Positions 54,561 to 62,938 of a stretch of 64,000 nucleotides of DNA are shown in pieces; within the stretch, counting starts at the first letter, position 1; each line of letters starts with the position of its first letter. The translations under genes were made by a program, and so were the position numbers. Origin of the DNA: Opitutales bacterium (lineage in GTDB: Bacteria; Verrucomicrobiota; Verrucomicrobiia; Opitutales; UBA2987); contig CBDDEL010000016.1 of the NCBI GenBank assembly GCA_965226885.1, positions 800,001 through 864,000 of the forward strand. The letters run 5' to 3'. The notes under the pieces are model-generated. The model saw only the letters and a program-made list of their open reading frames with translations. It searched no databases and was not told the DNA's origin.

Positions 54561-56391
54561 GAGGCTGTCCCAAAAATATAAAGATTTTATAGTCAACTGG
54601 ATGACGTTGATAAAAAGAGCCGGAAAGAGCAAGTTTTTGCTCGATCCGGCCAAAAAAGGGTTCTATAAAAAGGGTTCTATAATTGAGTTAGCGAAAATCA
54701 ATATAGCCCTTTCTATGAAAAATATAGCCATCCAATGCCTCCTGCGTCCAGCTTTAACTGTGGTCGACCGGTGCCTCGATTACGATAACTTCCGCGCCAC
54801 CATTGATCGAATCGATCGGCTGCTGATCGACTCGGAGGTGGAATCGCAGGCCATTGAGCTGGCCTTGGAGGGGTGGCCGCCAATGGGTCTAAAGGCCCGG
54901 CGGCAGCGGGCCAGTTTTGCCATCAAGGCACTGCGCATGGATACGCTGGGCCGTCTGCTCGGAGGGATCTCGTTTCGGCATTTGTCGCGGGCTCTGGGCA
55001 GCAGCGATCTGTTGGCCGACTTTTGCCGTGTCCGGCAGATCGATGGCATCAGGGGCATCTCCAAAAGCACCCTGGAGCGGGCCTCGAAGTTTTTCAGCGA
55101 AGAGCAGTTGAGGGCCTTGCACCGGACCTTGACTGAGGTGGTGGGCGATGCCCTTCTGGCCCGGCAGGTGGGATTGGACAAGCCGATTGACACCACCATT
55201 TGCCTGATCGACGGCACCTGTTTGGAGGCTAACATTCATTGGCCGACGGACTGGGTATTACTCAAGGATGTAGCCGGCACGTTGCTCAAAGCGATCCGGC
55301 TGATCCGCGAGAAGGCCGGTTTGCGCCATCGCATGCCGATCGAACCGGAGCCCTTGGCTCGGCAGATGAATCGGCTGTGCATACAGATGACCCACAGCCG
55401 GCGGCGAAAGGACAGCGCGCGGCAGCGCAAGGGTATCTTGAGGCAGATGAAAAAGCTGCTCAAACGGATCGGGGAGCATGCCCGCAGTCACCGGGAATTA
55501 TTGCAAGCCTGCTGGGAGCAAAGCGATTACAGCGAAAAACAGGTCCAACAGATCCTCGCCCGGATGGAGCGCATGAGCGAGCAAATCCCGGTGGTCATCA
55601 AACAGGCGCACGAGCGGATCATTGGCGGCCGCCAGGTGAAAAACGCAGAGAAAGTCTTGAGTGTTTACGAACTCGATGGGCAGGTGATTGTGCGAGGTAA
55701 AGCGGGCCAAGAGGTCGAGTTCGGCAACACCCTGTTTTTGGGAGAAAGCGTTGAAGGGTACCTGCTGGACTGGAAACTCTACGGCAGCCGAACTCCAAGC
55801 GAAAATGAACAAATGCAAGAGAGTTTGCAAAGACAGAACCGCTTCAACCTGGAAGAACCCATAGCGGCCATGTGCGCGGACCGGGGATTTGCCTCCCAGC
55901 GGGCCCGCCGGCAGTTAGCCCAGGAGGGAATCTACGACGCGCTCTGTCCACGCGATCCGAAGCAGTTGAAAAAACGGATGGAGGAACCACTGTTCAGACA
56001 ATTGCAAAAGCGCCGGGCCAGCACCGAAGGGCGGATCGGGGTATTGAAGAATCGCTGGCAGGCCGGGCGGTTGCGCAGCAAAGGCTTTGCCAACCGCTCG
56101 ATCAGCGTAGCCTGGTCGGTACTCTCGCACAACCTATGGAAAGTAGCCAAGATGCTGGCCCAGCAAGACGAACTAAAAACCAAAGCGGCGGCCTAGAGAG
56201 CGGAAAAGCAAGGACAATACTTTTTCACAGCCTTACTGTCGGCTCATACAAAGAAAATCAGGCAACCGGACCCCAAAACCAGTATCCTAACGTCATAGGA
56301 GAGCAAAGTTGATACTCTCCCAAATGCAAATAACTCTAAAATGAGCGCCTATCAATAGCCCTCGCAGAAATCACCCTTTTGGGACAGCCTC
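54561..56391 (+). mobile_element. ISNCY/IS5-like element copy 4, TSD TAATTA; private 14-bp duplication in the 5' UTR
   Basis: 1831 bp = 1817+14; AAAAAGGGTTCTAT x2 near 54653-54680. Confidence 0.93.
54715..56196 (+). CDS. ISNCY/IS5-like DDE transposase (493 aa, apparently intact)
   Basis: Same start (MKNIAIQ) as the other copies. Confidence 0.9.
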   Translation: MKNIAIQCLLRPALTVVDRCLDYDNFRATIDRIDRLLIDSEVESQAIELALEGWPPMGLKARRQRASFAIKALRMDTLGRLLGGISFRHLSRALGSSDLLADFCRVRQIDGIRGISKSTLERASKFFSEEQLRALHRTLTEVVGDALLARQVGLDKPIDTTICLIDGTCLEANIHWPTDWVLLKDVAGTLLKAIRLIREKAGLRHRMPIEPEPLARQMNRLCIQMTHSRRRKDSARQRKGILRQMKKLLKRIGEHARSHRELLQACWEQSDYSEKQVQQILARMERMSEQIPVVIKQAHERIIGGRQVKNAEKVLSVYELDGQVIVRGKAGQEVEFGNTLFLGESVEGYLLDWKLYGSRTPSENEQMQESLQRQNRFNLEEPIAAMCADRGFASQRARRQLAQEGIYDALCPRDPKQLKKRMEEPLFRQLQKRRASTEGRIGVLKNRWQAGRLRSKGFANRSISVAWSVLSHNLWKVAKMLAQQDELKTKAAA

Positions 56392-56596
56392 TAATTAGAA
56401 ACGCCACTATCTGTTGCCCAGGTATTTGAATTTACATCAGTAAACAGACTCCAACTAATTGAAGATTGATTGTCTACACCACCTCCAACAGTCCAATCAG
56501 AAGCTCCAGATTCAAAATCTTCTGTAAACGCCGGGGAAAAACCGGTACGGTAAAGAGGGCGCTTTAAAACCGGTACGCTTATCCTAGAAAGGAGGA

Positions 56597-58102
56597 GTGT
56601 ATCGAGATATGAAGCAATGGACAAGAGTGCGGCACAAAGTGCTGCGGGACAAGCAGAGCAAGCGCTCTGTAATGCGAGAAGAGGGACTGCACTGGGAGAC
56701 CCTGGGAAAGATGCTGGCCTATTCCCAGCCGCCGGGATACCGGCGCAAGAAGAGGCGAGAGCGCAAGATCGATCCGTATGTGGGCTGGATCGAGGAGGTG
56801 CTCAAAGCGGACCGGAACGTGCCCAAGAAGCAGCGCCATACGGCCAAACGGATCTACCAGCGTTTGGGTCGGAAGAAGGGCTACCAAGGGGGCTACACGG
56901 CGGTCAAGGAGGTGGTGGCCGAGCTGCGAGCGAGGCGGCGGGAAGTGTTCGTGCCGCTGGAGCACCGCCCCGGGGAGGGACAGGTGGACTTCGGTCATGC
57001 CCTGGTGAAGGAGGCGGGGCAATTGCGTAGGCGGCCATTTTTTGCCATGAGCCTGCCCTACAGCGATGCCTTTTTCGTGCAGGTGTTCGAACGGGAGTGC
57101 ACGGAGAGCTTCTGGGAGGGGCCCCTGCGAGCTTTTGAGTTTTTCGGGGCGGTGCCCCGGCGCATCAGCTATGACAACTCGAAGGTGGCGGTGGGTAAGA
57201 TTATCGGTTCGCGTGAACGCAAGCTGACCGACGGGTTTCTGCAGCTACAGAGCCATTACCTGTTCGAGGAACACTTCTGTCTGCCCGCCCGGCCCAACGA
57301 GAAGGGCGTGGTCGAGGGGATCGTGCGTTATGCCCGGGCCAACTTCCTGGTACCGGTACCGCAGGTTCGGGACCTGGAGGAACTCAACGCAAAGCTGTTG
57401 GAGGCATGTGAGCGGGACATGGAGCGTAAATTACGCGGGAAAAGGGCGGTGAAAAAGGAACTGCTGGCCGAGGAGCGCGCCGTCATGCTGGCGTTGCCGC
57501 CCATACCCTTTGAAGCGAGCCGCAAACGCTCGACCTGCGTCAGCAGCCTCTCGCTGGTGCGCTTCGAGTGCAACGACTATTCGGTGCCGGTGCGCTGCGC
57601 CCACCATCCGGTGGTGGTGGAAGGGTCCTGTCGGCAGGTGGTGATCTTCTGTGGGGGCCAAGAGGTGGCCCGGCACCGCCGCATTTGGGATAAAGAGCAA
57701 GTCTCTTTCGAGCCGGTGCACTACCTGGCTTTGCTGGAGAAAAAACCGGGCGCTTTGGACTTCGCCCGCCCACTCTCGGGCTGGCAGTTGCCGCAGTGCC
57801 TGCAGGTCCTCAGACGCCGGCTCGAAAGCCAATGCGGGGGCGAAGGCACCCGGGAGTATATCCGGGTGCTGCGGCTGTTGGAGAAACACCCCATGGCGGC
57901 CTTGCAGCAGGCCGTCGTCTCGGCCCTGCGGGTGGGGGGACTGACTCGTGAGGCCATCGCCCAGTATCTCTATCCTCAGGAAGACTACGGGAGCAGAACC
58001 TTCCGGCTGGACGGCCATCCACACCTGCGTCACGTCCGTGTGGCCGCCCCTGACCTCGGTGCCTACAGCGAACTGCTCAAGATTCCAGGAGGGGCTTTAT
58101 GA
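56597..58102 (+). CDS. istA: IS21 transposase IstA
   Basis: 501 aa, near-identical to 41174-42679. Confidence 0.93.
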   Translation: MYRDMKQWTRVRHKVLRDKQSKRSVMREEGLHWETLGKMLAYSQPPGYRRKKRRERKIDPYVGWIEEVLKADRNVPKKQRHTAKRIYQRLGRKKGYQGGYTAVKEVVAELRARRREVFVPLEHRPGEGQVDFGHALVKEAGQLRRRPFFAMSLPYSDAFFVQVFERECTESFWEGPLRAFEFFGAVPRRISYDNSKVAVGKIIGSRERKLTDGFLQLQSHYLFEEHFCLPARPNEKGVVEGIVRYARANFLVPVPQVRDLEELNAKLLEACERDMERKLRGKRAVKKELLAEERAVMLALPPIPFEASRKRSTCVSSLSLVRFECNDYSVPVRCAHHPVVVEGSCRQVVIFCGGQEVARHRRIWDKEQVSFEPVHYLALLEKKPGALDFARPLSGWQLPQCLQVLRRRLESQCGGEGTREYIRVLRLLEKHPMAALQQAVVSALRVGGLTREAIAQYLYPQEDYGSRTFRLDGHPHLRHVRVAAPDLGAYSELLKIPGGAL

Positions 58103-58866
58103 AGGAAGAAAAAAACCAGCTGCTGTTACACCATCACCTCAAGAAACTGAAGTTGCCCACCATCCTGCGCGAATGGCCGGCGGTGGCCGCGGCTTGTTCC
58201 CGGGACCGGCTCGATTACGCCGCCTTTTTGTTGCATCTGGTCGAACGGGAGCTCATTGAACGCGAACAGCGGGCCGCCCAGCGGCGGATCAAAAACGCCC
58301 GTTTCCCCGTGCTCAAGACCCTCGAGAGCTTCGCCTTTGAAGCGCAGCCCTCGATCAACGAAGCGCTCATCCGAGAGCTCATGCGCGGGGAGTATGTCGA
58401 CCAGCGCGAAAACGTGCTGCTCCTCGGTAACGCCGGTACCGGTAAAACGCACCTGGCCACCGCCCTGGGCTTTGCCGCCTGTGCCCAGGGCCGGCGGATC
58501 CGTTTCTTCGGGGTCACCGCCCTGGTTACCCATATGCTCGAGCAACGCGACAACCACGACCTGCAGCGCTTCATGAAGCAACTCGAAAGGCTCGACCGAC
58601 TCATCCTCGACGAACTCGGTTACGTCCCTTTTTCCAAGACCGGTTCCGAACTGCTCTTCGACGTGGTCAGCCGCGCTTACGAGCGCACCAGTCTCATCGT
58701 CACCACCAACCTGCCCTTTGAGAACTGGATCGAAGTGCTCGGTTCCGAACGGCTCACCGGAGCTCTGCTGGACCGACTCACCCATCGGGTGCATATCCTC
58801 GAAGCCAACGGGCAAAGCTACCGCTTGCGCGATGCTCGACGCCGTCGCCGTGGCACAAAACAATAA
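58099..58866 (+). CDS. istB: IS21 helper ATPase IstB
   Basis: GNAGTGKTH Walker A; LDRLILDE. Confidence 0.93.
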   Translation: MKEEKNQLLLHHHLKKLKLPTILREWPAVAAACSRDRLDYAAFLLHLVERELIEREQRAAQRRIKNARFPVLKTLESFAFEAQPSINEALIRELMRGEYVDQRENVLLLGNAGTGKTHLATALGFAACAQGRRIRFFGVTALVTHMLEQRDNHDLQRFMKQLERLDRLILDELGYVPFSKTGSELLFDVVSRAYERTSLIVTTNLPFENWIEVLGSERLTGALLDRLTHRVHILEANGQSYRLRDARRRRRGTKQ

Positions 58867-59039
58867 ACGCCTTGGGCCCGGCTCGTCGGCCTCCGGCCTC
58901 CTCACCGACCCCAAGCCAATCCCCAAAACCAACTCCCAAACCCTAAACCTTGACGTACCTGCAATTACTAACCTAAACCTTATTCCAAGCGTACCGGTTT
59001 TACCCCGACCCCCGTACCGGTTTCATCCCGGCGTTTACA

Positions 59040-60567
59040 TATTGGAGATGGATTTCTTTGTATTTTGAGCAGATCGTCTTGATTTTTAGGTGTTTTTCAG
59101 GGTGTAGAGACACTGCCCCCTTTCCCCCATTGGTTCGGTAGTGCCGGGGGCAGCACCAATGCACCCTTTAGGTTGGCACCAATCGGCGGGCCGCATGGTT
59201 GAAAAGACTGGCCCAAGGATAACTCTCACTTAGGTGAAAGTGAATCGTTCGGGTGTTGCGCACGATGACCGCTCCGATCTTGATTAATTTGAGCCGCAGG
59301 GTGTGGCATTGGGCCCGCGCCCACTTCGTCCCTTTTAAGGCTAACCGGCGCATGGCTTCCATCAAGGTGTAGGCCAGCGCCGACAAGAGCAATCGCCACT
59401 GATTGGCCCACCATTGATGGGCGCTGGTGCGCTCGCTGAACAATTGCATCTGTTCCTTGATTCGGTTCTCCATTTCACCGCGGCCACAGTATACCTTGTC
59501 GTAAAGCTCCTGGGGATCGCCCGGCAGGTTCGTCACCACGAAGCGCGGGTTGGACCCCTGTGCGGTGTGTTCGGCTTTATGGATGACCAACCGCAGCCAT
59601 CGCCACGAATCGGCAGCATAGACGAAGTCCTGGAATAACCGTTGTTTTTTACCCCTTAGTTCGAACCATTCTTTGGCCTGCTTTTGCAACTGCTGGGCGT
59701 CTTGCTGCAAGCGTGCATTGCGAGCCATCCCCACGATGTAACTAACTTCGTTGCGGTCGCACCAAGAGAGTATCCGGTCTCGACAAAATCCACTGTCGGC
59801 GCGCCAAATAATCCGCGTACGGGGCCAGCTTTGGCGAATCCGTTTAACCAGCAATTTGAGGATGGCCCCGGCATGCTTGCTGGCATCGATCTTGCTCGGC
59901 CGCAGGTAGGCCACCAGCAGCTGATCACCGCAAAAAACATATAGCGGCAGAAAACAGTAATGATCATAATAACCGTGGAAAAAACGTCCCTCCTGGAGCC
60001 CGTGCACCGGATTGTCGGTGGCGTCAAAGTCCAGGATGATCTCTTCGGGTTCCTCGGCAAAGGAGCCCATGAACTGTTCGACCAACAGCTCGTTTACCGC
60101 AAAGGCCGCCCGCCGATCCTGCCCGTTTTCAAAACGACACACAGTCGGCGCGCTGGCCAACGTTTCAATGCGCCCCGTTACCGTTTGCTAACAATGGATC
60201 GTGGCGCAGGGTATCAAAGTTCGTTCAAATCCTCATAGCCCGCCACCAGCCCGTAAACGCGCTGCCGCAGCATCCCCAATACCTCATGGCGTACTTTGCC
60301 CTTCTGCCGTTTGTCCACTAACTGTCGGGCCGCTCGTTCGGTCAAGCCCAACTGCCGATCCACTTCCCGGATCAAAAGCAGTCCGGCATCCGAAGTAACC
60401 TCTCCGCCCTTGAAATCAACCCGCACACGGCGGCCTTTTACCCTTGTCAACTGTAGCTTTAATTGTTTACCTTTTGTCATCGCTGATATTGCTTTAATTA
60501 TTGATCTATCCTGCTGTATATCAGCAGTTAAGCATATCAACGATACTTTTTTTACGAAATATCCGGG
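59040..60567 (-). mobile_element. IS1380 element, left member of dimer 2; IRR lost, transposase frameshifted (two 1-bp insertions)
   Basis: Starts at the IS21 TSD TATTGGA; +T at ~60189 (same allele as 26981) and +T at ~60220. Confidence 0.9.
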
Positions 60568-60571
60568 CTAA

Positions 60572-62138
60572 CCCGGATATTTCATGAAGGGTAAAGTTTG
60601 GCTCGTTATTGCTATTGGAGATGGATTTCTTTGTATTTTGAGCAGATCGTCTTGATTTTTAGGTGTTTTTCAGGGTGTAGAGACACTGCCCCCTTTCCCC
60701 CATTGGTTCGGTAGTGCCGGGGGCAGCACCAATGCACCCTTTAGGTTGGCACCAATCGGCGGGCCGCATGGTTGAAAAGACTGGCCCAAGGATAACTCTC
60801 ACTTAGGTGAAAGTGAATCGTTCGGGTGTTGCGCACGATGACCGCTCCGATCTTGATTAATTTGAGCCGCAGGGTGTGGCATTGGGCCCGCGCCCACTTC
60901 GTCCCTTTTAAGGCTAACCGGCGCATGGCTTCCATCAAGGTGTAGGCCAGCGCCGACAAGAGCAATCGCCACTGATTGGCCCACCATTGATGGGCGCTGG
61001 TGCGCTCGCTGAACAATTGCATCTGTTCCTTGATTCGGTTCTCCATTTCACCGCGGCCACAGTATACCTTGTCGTAAAGCTCCTGGGGATCGCCCGGCAG
61101 GTTCGTCACCACGAAGCGCGGGTTGGACCCCTGTGCGGTGTGTTCGGCTTTATGGATGACCAACCGCAGCCATCGCCACGAATCGGCAGCATAGACGAAG
61201 TCCTGGAATAACCGTTGTTTTTTACCCCTTAGTTCGAACCATTCTTTGGCCTGCTTTTGCAACTGCTGGGCGTCTTGCTGCAAGCGTGCATTGCGAGCCA
61301 TCCCCACGATGTAACTAACTTCGTTGCGGTCGCACCAAGAGAGTATCCGGTCTCGACAAAATCCACTGTCGGCGCGCCAAATAATCCGCGTACGGGGCCA
61401 GCTTTGGCGCATCCGTTTAACCAGCAATTTGAGGATGGCCCCGGCATGCTTGCTGGCATCGATCTTGCTCGGCCGCAGGTAGGCCACCAGCAGCTGATCA
61501 CCGCAAAAAACATATAGCGGCAGAAAACAGTAATGATCATAATAACCGTGGAAAAAACGTCCCTCCTGGAGCCCGTGCACCGGATTGTCGGTGGCGTCAA
61601 AGTCCAGGATGATCTCTTCGGGTTCCTCGGCAAAGGAGCCCATGAACTGTTCGACCAACAGCTCGTTTACCGCAAAGGCCGCCCGCCGATCCTGCCCGTT
61701 TTCAAAACGACACAAAGTCGGCGCGCTGGCCAACGTTTCAATGCGCCCCGTTACCGTTTGCAACAATGGATCGTGGCGCAGGGTATCAAAGTCGTTCAAA
61801 TCCTCATAGCCCGCCACCAGCCCGTAAACGCGCTGCCGCAGCATCCCCAATACCTCATGGCGTACTTTGCCCTTCTGCCGTTTGTCCACTAACTGTCGGG
61901 CCGCTCGTTCGGTCAAGCCCAACTGCCGATCCACTTCCCGGATCAAAAGCAGTCCGGCATCCGAAGTAACCTCTCCGCCCTTGAAATCAACCCCCACACG
62001 GCGGCCTTTTACCCTTGTCAACTGTAGCTTTAATTGTTTACCTTTTGTCATCGCTGATATTGCTTTAATTATTGATCTATCCTGCTGTATATCAGCAGTT
62101 AAGCATATCAACGATACTTTTTTTACGAAATATCCGGG
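60572..62138 (-). mobile_element. IS1380 element (1567 bp), right member of dimer 2
   Basis: IRs intact; CTAA on both sides. Confidence 0.95.
60741..62111 (-). CDS. IS1380-family transposase
   Basis: 456-aa ORF. Confidence 0.93.
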   Translation of the reverse strand: MICLTADIQQDRSIIKAISAMTKGKQLKLQLTRVKGRRVGVDFKGGEVTSDAGLLLIREVDRQLGLTERAARQLVDKRQKGKVRHEVLGMLRQRVYGLVAGYEDLNDFDTLRHDPLLQTVTGRIETLASAPTLCRFENGQDRRAAFAVNELLVEQFMGSFAEEPEEIILDFDATDNPVHGLQEGRFFHGYYDHYCFLPLYVFCGDQLLVAYLRPSKIDASKHAGAILKLLVKRMRQSWPRTRIIWRADSGFCRDRILSWCDRNEVSYIVGMARNARLQQDAQQLQKQAKEWFELRGKKQRLFQDFVYAADSWRWLRLVIHKAEHTAQGSNPRFVVTNLPGDPQELYDKVYCGRGEMENRIKEQMQLFSERTSAHQWWANQWRLLLSALAYTLMEAMRRLALKGTKWARAQCHTLRLKLIKIGAVIVRNTRTIHFHLSESYPWASLFNHAARRLVPT

Positions 62139-62938
62139 CTAAATCGACACTTTTTTCTCCAAAGTTGGAAAAACGAGCCAATTCCCCATTCTGATCTATT
62201 GCGGCCACAGATATGACATTTTCTCCTGCGTAGGATGCTGGGTATTGCGGTAATAAATCATTGTTGTCTCCTATCTGATCTTGACCTCCGTTTCCAGCGG
62301 CTGCGACTAACAAAATCCCCTGATCCTCAAGCCAGCCAACTTGATCTTGTTCGCATTGGCTTTTCTCAGGTCCTCCAAAACTCGCATTTATGATTTTAAT
62401 CCCTAAATTTGCCACATATTTCGTGGATTCAATAAAGATATCGACCGTTATTCCTCCCCCAAAGTCATCAAAGGCTCTAATCGGTGAAATAAGGGTAAAA
62501 GGAGCGATCCCAGCACCACCTTCTCCATTATTACCGAGCGCGGCAATTATACTGGCAACTAGTGTTCCATGACCATTTTCGTCTATGGGGAGATTATCAT
62601 CATCAATGAAATCCCAACCAGTATGGTCATCAGTAAATCCGTTTTCATCATTGTCAATATCATCATCCTGACTACCTTCACCAATGTTAGGATAAAACCT
62701 GACATCTACAACCTCCCCGTCTTGGAGTGTCAAGAATTCTGGATGTGTAAAATCAACACCGGAGTCAATTACTGCAACGACTACCAACTCATTTGGGGTG
62801 TATAGCTCCATCGCTTCAGGCCAATTAATGTCGATTCCTTCGGTCCCGTAAACTCTATTGATTAGTTGTCCAGAGTTATGCAGCCCCCATTGCTCTCCAA
62901 AATCAGGATCAGTTGAACTTTGGATTTTTCGCTTGTAG

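Larger units (their letters stand above)
56523..59039 (+). mobile_element. IS21-family element copy 2 (2517 bp), TSD unmatched
   Basis: Right flank TATTGGA + IS1380 tail as in copy 1; left flank is subtilase sequence. Confidence 0.93.
53651..62938 (-). pseudogene. S8 subtilisin-like serine protease with an inserted beta-sandwich (MAM-like) domain and Trp-rich C-terminal domain, in pieces at 62139-62938, 56392-56522 and 53651-54560
   Basis: VAVIDSGVD (Asp), NGHGTLVA (His), AAAGNGG, GTSFSAP(AP)MVSG (Ser); frame continuous across the TAATTA TSD; pro-region cut off by IS3-B. Confidence 0.88.

Noticed and set aside
54601..54714. N-terminally extended 531-aa transposase
   Set aside because: The upstream ATG is in frame only because of this copy's private 14-bp duplication; other copies start at MKNIAIQ.
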